Below, one piece after another: positions 29,592-38,932 of a stretch of DNA of 64,000 nt. How positions within the stretch are numbered: position 1 is the stretch's first letter; each line of letters starts with the position of its first letter. Source of the DNA: an uncultured Thermoprotei archaeon (GTDB lineage Archaea; Thermoproteota; Thermoprotei; Thermofilales; B15-G2); assembly GCA_965367815.1 (NCBI GenBank), contig CBDUKN010000004.1, positions 64,001 to 128,000 of the forward strand, given 5' to 3'. The translations under genes and the position numbers were made by a program. The notes below the pieces were generated by a model that worked only from the letters and a program-made list of their open reading frames with translations, was not told the origin of the DNA and did no database searches.

Positions 29592-30608
29592 GTGATGTCA
29601 TCTCTTAAGGTGGCTATACTTGGCGCAGGATATATGGGGCAAGTTCACGCCAAGAGCTGGAGCAAGATACCGTACATTGAAGTAAAACTAGTTTATTCTC
29701 GAACACTAGAGAAAGCGAAAAAACTAGCAGAGAAATATAGTGCTGAATACACTGCGTCTTGGAAAGAGGCGGTTAGTCGAAGTGACATAGATATAGTCGA
29801 CATATGTCTTCCTACATTTTTACACAAAGATGTGGCTATCGAGGCTCTTTCTCGGGAGAAGCATGTGTTGCTTGAAAAACCTATGGCTGTAAACTTGGAA
29901 GAAGCCTATGAAATAATCGAGGCTGCTAAAAGATCTAAGGCAAAGATAATGGTAGCACACTGTCTACGCTTTTTTCCAGAATACTCTAAGATAAAAAGAA
30001 AGGTAGATGAAGGAGTTCTCGGAGAAGTTTTCTCAGTCAGAGCATTTAGGCAGAGCTCTTTCCCAGCTTGGGGAAGCGAAGCATGGTTTAAAGACCCCGA
30101 GAAAAGTGCTACGTTTTTTGCAGATTTACTGATACATGATTTCGATTACATTAGATGGCTTATTTCAGCAGAGCCTAAAAGAATTGTAGCCCGATTTATT
30201 CCTCGGCCTGTTCACAGTTTTGTCAGGCCAGCAGACTATGGCGTAGCGAAAATATTCTTTGAAAATAAGGTAGTAGCTCACGTAGAAGGTGGATGGGCCA
30301 TGCCAAATTCGTGGATATTTACGATGGCTATTGAAGTTTACGGAGAGAAAGGAGTTCTCGAGTATAACAGCGTTTCATCTCTTCCACTACTGATATATAA
30401 GCATGAGGGTATAGAACCTGCAAGACCTGATTTAAGTCTAGGCTACGAACTTGAAATAAAGCACTTCGCAGAATGTGTAGACAAAAATAAAGAGCCTGCA
30501 GTAACGTTATTCGATGCATATAAGGCTTTAGAAATGTCTCTGGCAGCCTATAAATCTGCTTTAATGAGAGAACCTGTATCATTACCCTTGCGTGAGGTGA
30601 AAGAATGA
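29592..30608 (+). CDS. Gfo/Idh/MocA oxidoreductase
   Basis: GAGYMG, EKP, DLLIHDFD. Confidence 0.92.
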   Translation: MMSSLKVAILGAGYMGQVHAKSWSKIPYIEVKLVYSRTLEKAKKLAEKYSAEYTASWKEAVSRSDIDIVDICLPTFLHKDVAIEALSREKHVLLEKPMAVNLEEAYEIIEAAKRSKAKIMVAHCLRFFPEYSKIKRKVDEGVLGEVFSVRAFRQSSFPAWGSEAWFKDPEKSATFFADLLIHDFDYIRWLISAEPKRIVARFIPRPVHSFVRPADYGVAKIFFENKVVAHVEGGWAMPNSWIFTMAIEVYGEKGVLEYNSVSSLPLLIYKHEGIEPARPDLSLGYELEIKHFAECVDKNKEPAVTLFDAYKALEMSLAAYKSALMREPVSLPLREVKE

Positions 30609-31495
30609 GAATGAAAGTAGGAGTATTTTCGTTTAACAGAAGTCCTGCGGAAGAAATAGTTAATGGACTTATTGCTAGAAACGATGTATCAGAAATTCAT
30701 ATGCTTAAAGAAGACTACATTAAGGGAAGAAACAGTATATCTGATGTAACTAAGATTAATGTTCATGAAGACTATGATAGCCTATTAAGAAAAGTAGACG
30801 TTGTTGTTGCGATTTTAGCTAAATTAAAAGACTATGAAATATTATCAGAGGCACTAAGTCGCGGCAAACTAGCATTAATTGAAGGACCCTTAGCTTTAGA
30901 TAGAGACAAATTTGAAGAAATCGCTAAAAGGAGGGAGTTGATATATATTCCTAGGGTATTGGACTTCAATCCCTACTTAAAAGAATTAGTAAATGTTAAG
31001 CGGAATATAGGGGAAATTCTTTCAGTGTCTATTTTAACGAGGGTAAAAATACTTGATGAAGGGAGTTCGGCAGAATTAGCACTGAGTGCGTTATATAGAA
31101 GTCTCGAAGCGGTCTACGCTTTTCTTGAAACTGAAATAAGGGATGTAGTATGTGCAGAGAAAACTAAAGACGAGTCGCTTATGGTTCTTCTTGAGAGTAG
31201 TACTGGAACTGTAGTAAGCATCGATGTTTTCTTAACAAAAATGATTAGCGATATGAAAGTAGTTGTAGTAGGGTCGGAGGGCTCTGCTACTTTAGATACA
31301 TCAAAGCAAATTTTCAAAATTTGTACAGAGAAAGAGACACAAAGTGAGTTCTTTGGCCCCGAAGTATACAGTAATTTTCTTGAATACTTCTTTGGGGCAG
31401 TTTCTAGAGGTAGTAAACCGAAAATAGACATAGATTACGTGAAGAGAGTTAATGAAATAATATTTAGGGTTAGAGAATTACTTAAAAGAATCTAA
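30605..31495 (+). CDS. Degenerate Gfo/Idh/MocA-like protein
   Basis: GK..LIEGPLA and VVGSEGS present; no GxGxxG or DxxxH; ATGA overlap with upstream gene. Confidence 0.65.
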   Translation: MRMKVGVFSFNRSPAEEIVNGLIARNDVSEIHMLKEDYIKGRNSISDVTKINVHEDYDSLLRKVDVVVAILAKLKDYEILSEALSRGKLALIEGPLALDRDKFEEIAKRRELIYIPRVLDFNPYLKELVNVKRNIGEILSVSILTRVKILDEGSSAELALSALYRSLEAVYAFLETEIRDVVCAEKTKDESLMVLLESSTGTVVSIDVFLTKMISDMKVVVVGSEGSATLDTSKQIFKICTEKETQSEFFGPEVYSNFLEYFFGAVSRGSKPKIDIDYVKRVNEIIFRVRELLKRI

Positions 31496-31915
31496 AGGAA
31501 CAGTTTTGTCAGCTAATGCACAAAGGTCCCTTAGAGTTAGTGCTTTATTTAATTTATCTAAAGTTACTTTGTAGCTTTCAGGAGTCTCTTCTAGATCCTC
31601 GACTCTTATAAATCTCCATTTTTTATTAGCTTTTGTTCTAATGGCTATTAATGCATACCCACCGGCTCTTTCAGCGAAGTCTTTTAATTTAGAAATTTTG
31701 TCTTTCTCTAAGTATATTGTTCTATCTCCTTTTCTATACTTTATCTCAAATATAAATATTATCCTATTCTTTAGAGCTACAAGATCCGGGCAAAACCTTT
31801 TCCTTAATCTAGCTCCGCTAGCAGGGCCTCTTATACAGGCAAATCCTCTATCCCAGAGTATTTGTGCAAGTTCTCTTTCAGCCCTTATTCCCTTTCCTCG
31901 TGGCATGTTATTCAA
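31478..31915 (-). CDS. hjc: Holliday junction resolvase Hjc
   Basis: KG...EREL...L...GF...R.PASG, PDLVA, EIK. Confidence 0.93.
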   Translation of the reverse strand: MNNMPRGKGIRAERELAQILWDRGFACIRGPASGARLRKRFCPDLVALKNRIIFIFEIKYRKGDRTIYLEKDKISKLKDFAERAGGYALIAIRTKANKKWRFIRVEDLEETPESYKVTLDKLNKALTLRDLCALADKTVPLDSFK

Positions 31916-32948
31916 ATAACTTTTTTATGTTTTCTTCGTAAGGAGGATACACTATGCCTTTCTCTGTAATTATAGCTGAAACTTTATCTGGCGGAGTTAT
32001 GTCAAATGCTGGGTTAAGAACTTTTACTCCCTCTGGAGCTATTCTTACTCCGCGTATTGTAGTTACTTCTGAGGGATCTCTATTTTCTATAACTACGTTC
32101 TCTACGCTAGTTTTTAGATCGAATGTTGACAAAGGAGCTGCCACATAGAAGGGTATTTTGTGTATCGAGGCGACACATGCTATGGTGTATGTGCCTATTT
32201 TATTTATTACATGGCCGTCACGAAGAATTCTATCGGCTCCCACGATTATTTTGTCGACTAAACCTTTGCTAATAACGTATCCTACCATGTTATCTGTTAT
32301 TAAGGTGACGTCTATACCTTCGTATACTAGCTCAAAGCAAGTTAATCTTGCTCCTTGAAGTAGTGGTCTAGTCTCTGTGGCAATAACTTTAATTTTTTTG
32401 CCTTCTTCTACTGCAGCCCTAATTACACCTAGAGCTGTGCCGTAGCCGGCTGTTGCTAATGCTCCTGCATTACAGTGAGTCAGAATAGTGTCTCCGTCCT
32501 CAATTAATTGTGCTCCATTTCTGCCTATTTTTTTATTTATTTCAATATCTTCTTCTAGTATTTTTAGTGCTTCGTTTATAACAGCAGTTTTCAGAGAATC
32601 TACGTCAGGAAAGTCTCTTAGGAATATACTTTTCATACGCTCTATTGCCCAGAATAGATTCCTAGCTGTAGGTCTAGTTTTCCATAGAATATCTGATGCC
32701 TTTAAAAGTTCTTTTCTTAATTCATTTACGCTAGATGCTTTACTGTGATAAGCTGCTAACGCGATACCAAGAGCTGCTGCAACACCTATAGCGGGAGCGC
32801 CCCTTATTTCCATTTTCTTAATTGCTTCCGCGACTCTTTCGGGAGAGGTAGCTTCTATATATTCGAGACGGTCTGGTAGAAGTGTTTGGTTTAAAATAAG
32901 TACTACTCCTTCTTTCCACGCTATAGGGGATAATTCTGCTTTCTTCAC
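31908..32948 (-). CDS. mtnA: Methylthioribose-1-phosphate isomerase (eIF2B-like family)
   Basis: IRGAPAIG, TRPTA.NL, THCNAGALAT, ETRPLLQGARLT, NKIGTY. Confidence 0.9.
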   Translation of the reverse strand: MKKAELSPIAWKEGVVLILNQTLLPDRLEYIEATSPERVAEAIKKMEIRGAPAIGVAAALGIALAAYHSKASSVNELRKELLKASDILWKTRPTARNLFWAIERMKSIFLRDFPDVDSLKTAVINEALKILEEDIEINKKIGRNGAQLIEDGDTILTHCNAGALATAGYGTALGVIRAAVEEGKKIKVIATETRPLLQGARLTCFELVYEGIDVTLITDNMVGYVISKGLVDKIIVGADRILRDGHVINKIGTYTIACVASIHKIPFYVAAPLSTFDLKTSVENVVIENRDPSEVTTIRGVRIAPEGVKVLNPAFDITPPDKVSAIITEKGIVYPPYEENIKKLFE

Positions 32949-32999
32949 ACATTGACTACTCGAAGAAGTTTTATAAACATTTAGCTAAATAGTAGTCGA

Positions 33000-34064
33000 A
33001 TGAAGAAAAATGCCGTATGGGTAGATTCTTTAACACCAAAGCAAGCCAGAATCGCTGTTGAGATATATAATAGTTTATCTAAATTATATAATGTTATCAT
33101 TACAGCTAGAAAATATGATTATACACTAAAAATATTCGATCTATTCGATGTACCCTATACAGCTATAGGAAGACATGGAGGAGGAACGCTCGAAGGAAAA
33201 CTTTTGGCAAGCACTGAAAGAGCACATAATTTAGCTAAGTTCATTTCCAGTAGAGGTTATGAGATTAAATGTTTAATTTCATATCCTTCTCCCGAAGCAG
33301 TTAGAGTAGCTTTTGGTCTAGGAATTCCTATAATAATACTCACGGATACTCCCCATGCACGTCATGCTTCACTACTTACTCTTCCCTTTGCAGATAAAAT
33401 AATAGTGCCCAAGTGTATTAAGCCGGAAACTTTTTCGTACGCAACACCAAATTTTGCTGAAAAAATTGTACGCTTCGAAGGAATTTTTGAAAAAATCTGG
33501 ATTCATAAGCTTCCACCGCCTAAAGAGTCTATAGAAGAACTAGGACTTGAAATAGGAAAATATATTGTAATAAGACTAGAAGAATCTAAGGCCGCGTATT
33601 ATCAATGGAGAGAAAAGTCTCCCTCTATGATCTTGGCTAGGAAAATTCAGTCAAAGATTAAGGATATTGACATAGTTTTTATGCCCAGATATGAAGACCA
33701 AAAAAGAGTCCTTAGAAAAGAGTTTCCTTACTCTGTTATTTTAGAAAAAGCTGTAGATTCATTGCCGCTTGTATACTATGCTAAAGCTGTTATAACGGGA
33801 GGAGGGACTCTTGCGCATGAAGCGGGTCTCGTAGGGACACCAGCCATAACTCTCTTCCCTAAGCACTATGAGGTAGAAGAATACTTACAGAAGAAAGGTT
33901 TTCCACTATTACATGTTTTGTGTGTCGACAATAAGTCAGTTGAAAAGATATTGCAGTTTATTGAAACTAAGGGAAGCGCTAGAGATAGATATTTATCGAT
34001 TTTGAATACACTAGAAGATCCTATGAGGGTCATTATTGAGTGTCTTAAGTTGTTGGAAAGATAA
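33000..34064 (+). CDS. DUF354 GT-B fold protein
   Basis: WVD..TPKQ, IGRHGG, RVAFGLG, GGGT.A.EA...GTP. Confidence 0.88.
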   Translation: MKKNAVWVDSLTPKQARIAVEIYNSLSKLYNVIITARKYDYTLKIFDLFDVPYTAIGRHGGGTLEGKLLASTERAHNLAKFISSRGYEIKCLISYPSPEAVRVAFGLGIPIIILTDTPHARHASLLTLPFADKIIVPKCIKPETFSYATPNFAEKIVRFEGIFEKIWIHKLPPPKESIEELGLEIGKYIVIRLEESKAAYYQWREKSPSMILARKIQSKIKDIDIVFMPRYEDQKRVLRKEFPYSVILEKAVDSLPLVYYAKAVITGGGTLAHEAGLVGTPAITLFPKHYEVEEYLQKKGFPLLHVLCVDNKSVEKILQFIETKGSARDRYLSILNTLEDPMRVIIECLKLLER

Positions 34065-34105
34065 ATTTTTAAGCTACTATTAGTGTTGATAAGAGGGGTT
34101 AAGTA

Positions 34106-34429
34106 ATGGAATATGTGTATGCATCTCTACTATTACATTACGCGAAAAAACCGATAACTGAAGAAAACGTGAAAAAGGTACTAGAAGCCGTGGGAGTGTC
34201 AGTAGACGAAGTAAAACTTAAGGCACTAGTTGCTGCACTTAAAGAAGTAGATATCGAAGAAGCTATTAAATCTGCAGCTGTTCCTGTAGCTGCTCCAGCA
34301 GCGGCTGCTGCGGCTGCTCCGGCAGCTGCTCCAGCTACAGAAGAGAAGAAGGAAGAAGAGAAGGAGGAAGAGAAGAAGGAGGTATCAGAAGAAGAGATCG
34401 CTGAGGGTCTAGCTTCGCTCTTCGGATGA
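34106..34429 (+). CDS. rpl12p: 50S ribosomal stalk protein P1/L12
   Basis: [11 protein letters not shown], Ala-rich hinge, GLASLFG. Confidence 0.97.
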   Translation: MEYVYASLLLHYAKKPITEENVKKVLEAVGVSVDEVKLKALVAALKEVDIEEAIKSAAVPVAAPAAAAAAAPAAAPATEEKKEEEKEEEKKEVSEEEIAEGLASLFG

Positions 34430-34433
34430 ACAG

Positions 34434-35261
34434 CTATACTTGCCGCAAGTATTTTCTCAGCAATTCAGCTAGCTTTTTTGGTTCATCGCAGTATAGTCTT
34501 ATTATTATTTCTCTATCGCTTCCCATTGGATTAGGTATTCCTTTAACACCTACTATGTCAACGATTTTTCTTGAACCCTGAGATTTAACAGCTTTGGCCT
34601 TTAAAGGAAACTTGAGAGGAGTCGTTCGGTTGATTATAATTCCTCTGTCTGTCACTATGTAGTGAGAAGGAATTAAGTAGTAAGGTTTTCCTTGAGACTT
34701 ATAGCAGATATTGACTATCTTTGAGGGTACGTATGAAACTACTACAAATAGCCCGAAGAATGCTAAAAAGGCAAAGAATCTCGCTAAATTGATGTCGTGT
34801 ATACGTGGTTCTAGGAAACTTACAATCGAGTAAAGGAAAGTGTTTCTTAATGATGGTATGAAAAATAGGATGACTAGTATTATTAATGGAAGAAATAGTG
34901 CAGCCGAAGCAATCCATTCTGAGCCCACTTCTTTCTTTAAAAAGATTTTGTCTCTCTCCTTAAGCTTGAGTATTTTAGTGGAACCTACTTCGAATAATTT
35001 TTTTCCATTCAGAATGTATTCTATGTCTTTTAACGTTTTTCCTGTCTGTTTGCCTGTAAAGATCATAGTTAATCCCATTACTAGTACTATGTAAGCTATT
35101 ACTAGCTGTGTAGAGTACTGTGGGTAATACGCCGAAATATATGCGAAAAGAACAAGTGAACATAGACTCACTAATGTGATAAGCCTACGATTTCCGTTCA
35201 TATTTATCTCCTCAGCTGATTTAAGTAAAAGCCATTTAAATACTTGACTTAGCTCTCCCAA
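34434..35261 (-). CDS. DUF2208-like membrane protein
   Basis: About four TMs plus C-terminal Y.VTDRGI...LKFP. Confidence 0.7.
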   Translation of the reverse strand: MGELSQVFKWLLLKSAEEINMNGNRRLITLVSLCSLVLFAYISAYYPQYSTQLVIAYIVLVMGLTMIFTGKQTGKTLKDIEYILNGKKLFEVGSTKILKLKERDKIFLKKEVGSEWIASAALFLPLIILVILFFIPSLRNTFLYSIVSFLEPRIHDINLARFFAFLAFFGLFVVVSYVPSKIVNICYKSQGKPYYLIPSHYIVTDRGIIINRTTPLKFPLKAKAVKSQGSRKIVDIVGVKGIPNPMGSDREIIIRLYCDEPKKLAELLRKYLRQV

Positions 35262-38083
35262 AACATTCTAGTTTTCACATATTTACGTTCAGCCTCCATT
35301 ACTTTCCGAACAATATCTTCTTCACTGAGTGATGAAGATAAAATTCTTGTAGCTGTTGCGACACCAACTCCTCTACCAGCTAAAGCCAGTGCAGCTTTTC
35401 TGCCATAAGATAAGTATAGAAGGGCAGACTTTTGCAAATAGTTAAGAGTGTTTTTCTCTTCTTCTGTAAGTCTTTTTCTTGCTCTAGCTTTTTTAGCTAC
35501 TGCTATAGCTGTACTTAAGTCTCCTGGAACAATAGCTATAATAGAAGACTTACATACTGGGCACACTATTTTATTGGGAAGAGACTTAACTCTAAATGAT
35601 GCATACCATTTAAGACAATGAAGACACACTAAGTTCACTTTCTTATTTAGAAGTCTATTTTTGACTATATCTAATACAGCCTTGGAGGGTATTATTTCGT
35701 ATGAATGCTCGTATCTTATATATGATTTAAGTATACCTTGTGCTATTGGAGAAAATGAAGAGCTTTTAACTTTCTTATAAACTATTTTAATAGAATTATT
35801 CCTTATCAAGTTTAATACATTCAATGTATCCTCTAAGTCGAATTTTGATAAGAGTGCTTCTTTGAGGGCTTCCTCACTTAATGGAGTGTTATCATATATT
35901 TCGATAAGTTTTCTTAAAGACTTTAAGGAAGCATCTTTCTTTATTATACCGAACCTTCTGGCAGTGTGAAGGAATTTAATTCTATAGACTGTGCTTTTTT
36001 TGATAGCGTTTAGTATTATTTTCTTAGCTTTATTGGCATCTAAAAGCAGTGCATCTTTTAGATCATTAATATTAAGACTTACAGGACAGTATATCATTAT
36101 CCTATATGGATCGCTATAATGTTTTACTGAAGACGATGTTCTCATAGAAATATATTCTGCTAAGAGAACTGCTAGAGTGTTATTTATTCTTGAGCCGAAA
36201 CACCCGTGAACTACTGCTGTATCTTCACTATATTCAATATATATGGTTTTGTCGTCGGGTACTATGTGTCCACTATCTATTTGTTTTTTGATGTAGTTTA
36301 ATAAATCGTTAAAAATATTGTCGTCTATCCTGTACTGAGCTTTTATTTTTTCTTTGATTCTATTATTGTTCGTCAATATATACTGCGTGATAAGTCGCCT
36401 CAAAGCGCCTACTTCTCTCGCAGCCTTATGTGATACAGGGATCATTTCGCCGATCCATGAAGGTACTGCTCCTACAGATGTTTCAGACGGAGTTACTTCG
36501 ATTATTCCTGCAGCTTCATCTATATGCTCGATTCTCCATACTCTGCCTGCCAGAATGAAGTCGTATCCTTCTTCACAGAAGCCTGCGACATATTCTTCGT
36601 CGAGTTCTCCGATGAATTTTCCCGAGGCCATGTCTCTAACTTTGTACTTCCTAACGTCGGGTATGGTTGAAGCATGTTCAAAGTAATACTCGTAGATTCC
36701 TCGCCTGCCTTTAAGATATTTTTCGTCGATTTTTCTTAGGTATCCTAGATCTTGAAGGAAGTCTATAAGCCGGTTAAGCTCGTTGCGCGAGAGATCACTA
36801 TAGTATGTGGACCTAGAAACTACTCTATAAATATCGTTGAGAGAGATTTCTCTGTACTCAATTAGCAGCCCTATTATCTGGTGAGCTAGCACATCGTATG
36901 GTTTAGGTGGTATAGTTGGGGCTTCATAGTCACCAGCTATAGCTCTTCTCGCAAGCACGATAGATTCGAATAGATCATCATCGTCTACTACAAGAACAAT
37001 TCCCCGAGAAACTTTCTCTATTTTATGTCCTGCTCGGCCGACGCGCTGCGCTAGCTTAATTGCTTGGCGAGGAGACATATACTGGACGACAAGGTCTATA
37101 TGACCTATGTCTATACCCAGTTCAAGAGATGATGTGCATACAATGGCCTTGATTTCTCCTCTCTTGAATTTGTTTTCTACAAAAACTCTCTCTTCTTTTG
37201 AGAGAGATCCGTGGTGAACAAATACTACAGTGTTGTCTCCGGCTATTATTTTAAGTCTTGTAGCAAGTCTTTCAGCTAAATCTCGAGTATTTGTGAAGAT
37301 TAAAACGCCTTTATGTCTTTTTAAAATTTCTAGTAGAATTTTTGCCCTTGCTACAGCGTCAGGAGGAGCTCCTATTTCAAGAGAGAGTTTTTCATCGTCA
37401 GGTGAAGGCTTGGGGTATACTACCTTTATGTCTAGTTTCTTTGTTTCCTCTACATTTACATCGTAAACAATCCCGTTTACTCCTCCTAGAATTCTTTTTG
37501 CAAGCTGAATGTCGCCAATAGTTGCAGAGAGCCCTATGCGCTGTATCTTGTTTTCAGAAATTTCTTTTAAACGTTCTAAAGCTAGTGAGAGCTGCACGCC
37601 GCGTTTGTCGTCTATAAGTTCGTGGAGTTCGTCTATAATGACCCATCTAAGTTTCCTAAGTGCTGACCTTAATCTCTTTCCTACAAGTAAAAACTGCAGA
37701 GTTTCAGGTGTTGTTATGAGTATGTGAGGTGGGTAAAGGGAAAGCCGTCTTCTTTCGGCTTCAGTAGTATCGCCGTGTCTTACAGCTACGGAAAGCCCTA
37801 TTTCTTCGGCAAGAGTTTTCATGCGCCGTAAAATATCCCTATTTAAAGCCCTTAAAGGGGTTATGTATAATGCATTTATTCCTTCGGTTGGTTTTTCTAA
37901 AATCATTGAATATACTGGAAATATAGCAGCTTCAGTTTTTCCGGAGCCTGTTGGAGCTATTATTAAGGTATTTAACCTTCTCAAAATTAGAGGGATAGCT
38001 ACTTTTTGAACTTTTGTAGGCGAAATATATCCATATTTTTTCAAGACACCTGCAAGCTTAGGATGTAGTACATCGAATACCAT
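35249..38083 (-). CDS. lhr: Lhr-like SF2 DNA helicase
   Basis: APTGSGKT, DELH, SATIG, HHGSLS, QRVGRAGH, C-terminal Zn finger. Confidence 0.93.
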   Translation of the reverse strand: MVFDVLHPKLAGVLKKYGYISPTKVQKVAIPLILRRLNTLIIAPTGSGKTEAAIFPVYSMILEKPTEGINALYITPLRALNRDILRRMKTLAEEIGLSVAVRHGDTTEAERRRLSLYPPHILITTPETLQFLLVGKRLRSALRKLRWVIIDELHELIDDKRGVQLSLALERLKEISENKIQRIGLSATIGDIQLAKRILGGVNGIVYDVNVEETKKLDIKVVYPKPSPDDEKLSLEIGAPPDAVARAKILLEILKRHKGVLIFTNTRDLAERLATRLKIIAGDNTVVFVHHGSLSKEERVFVENKFKRGEIKAIVCTSSLELGIDIGHIDLVVQYMSPRQAIKLAQRVGRAGHKIEKVSRGIVLVVDDDDLFESIVLARRAIAGDYEAPTIPPKPYDVLAHQIIGLLIEYREISLNDIYRVVSRSTYYSDLSRNELNRLIDFLQDLGYLRKIDEKYLKGRRGIYEYYFEHASTIPDVRKYKVRDMASGKFIGELDEEYVAGFCEEGYDFILAGRVWRIEHIDEAAGIIEVTPSETSVGAVPSWIGEMIPVSHKAAREVGALRRLITQYILTNNNRIKEKIKAQYRIDDNIFNDLLNYIKKQIDSGHIVPDDKTIYIEYSEDTAVVHGCFGSRINNTLAVLLAEYISMRTSSSVKHYSDPYRIMIYCPVSLNINDLKDALLLDANKAKKIILNAIKKSTVYRIKFLHTARRFGIIKKDASLKSLRKLIEIYDNTPLSEEALKEALLSKFDLEDTLNVLNLIRNNSIKIVYKKVKSSSFSPIAQGILKSYIRYEHSYEIIPSKAVLDIVKNRLLNKKVNLVCLHCLKWYASFRVKSLPNKIVCPVCKSSIIAIVPGDLSTAIAVAKKARARKRLTEEEKNTLNYLQKSALLYLSYGRKAALALAGRGVGVATATRILSSSLSEEDIVRKVMEAERKYVKTRMFWES

Positions 38084-38154
38084 GGATGAACCCTTAGAAT
38101 TGAGGCGTTAAAGTATAATAGTGAGGTAAGTAAAATACTTTCTGGGAAGGAAGC

Positions 38155-38364
38155 ATGCCTCAGAAAGTTCCACCACATAAACACTGTAAAGTATGTGGTA
38201 AAGTAATACCTCCTGACCAGGACTACTGCAGCAGTAAATGTGAAGCAATAGACCTAAAACAGAAAAAGGAAGCAGAGTTTGTGAGAAAGGTCAGTCTAAT
38301 CGTAATAATATTCTTCTTCATAGCCATGGTTCTCTCATTAATAAGAAGCCTTTTCGGAGGATAA
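38155..38364 (+). CDS. DUF2116 Zn-ribbon membrane protein
   Basis: PHKHCKVCGKVIP....CS..C then a TM. Confidence 0.88.
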   Translation: MPQKVPPHKHCKVCGKVIPPDQDYCSSKCEAIDLKQKKEAEFVRKVSLIVIIFFFIAMVLSLIRSLFGG

Positions 38365-38578
38365 CGAAGCCGTCCAAAAGGCATGTGTAATTGTTTCTGC
38401 GCTATGTTTTGTATCGCAGTAAACCTAAGTCCAGCACCTAGTAATATTCGTTTAAAAGGATATTCGGCCGTGGAATATAGTCTTGTGATGCAGAAACCAG
38501 TGATATTAGAATATTATTTCGGTAATACTTTTTAAAATTGAATGATAGTTCCCTTTTATTGCTAGTGGGGGGTAATCT

Positions 38579-38875
38579 GTGGTCATGGGAAAGCCTCTTA
38601 AAATAGAGTTCTTTAAGTCAAAGACATGTGTAGTGTGTCCTAAAGTAAGAGAGCTGTTAAAGAAAATTCTGGCCGAGAAAGGCTTACGCTACGAGGAAGT
38701 AGTTATTGAACGCGATATTTCAGAGGATCCTGAAGCTTTAACAGACCTTTTAATGCTTAATGCTTTGTCAGTACCTGTAGTTAAAATAAAGGATACAATA
38801 TTATACGAGCAAGATGCAGTAAAAGAAGACAAGCTAAGAGAAGCTGTAGAGAAATTTTTATATCAAGAAAATTAG
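38579..38875 (+). CDS. Glutaredoxin/NrdH-like protein
   Basis: TCVVCP, SVPV; immediately upstream of nrdD. Confidence 0.85.
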   Translation: MVMGKPLKIEFFKSKTCVVCPKVRELLKKILAEKGLRYEEVVIERDISEDPEALTDLLMLNALSVPVVKIKDTILYEQDAVKEDKLREAVEKFLYQEN

Positions 38876-38932
38876 AGCAATTATTAAAATAGTCTGGACA
38901 CTATAATAGATAATAGTAAATGGTGGGTGTGA

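Noticed and set aside
34281-34400. GCT/GCA and GAA/GAG low-complexity repeats
   Set aside because: Normal Ala hinge and acidic tail of ribosomal P1.
38383-38535. 50-codon ORF beginning MCNCFC
   Set aside because: No SD, no recognisable motif, atypical composition.
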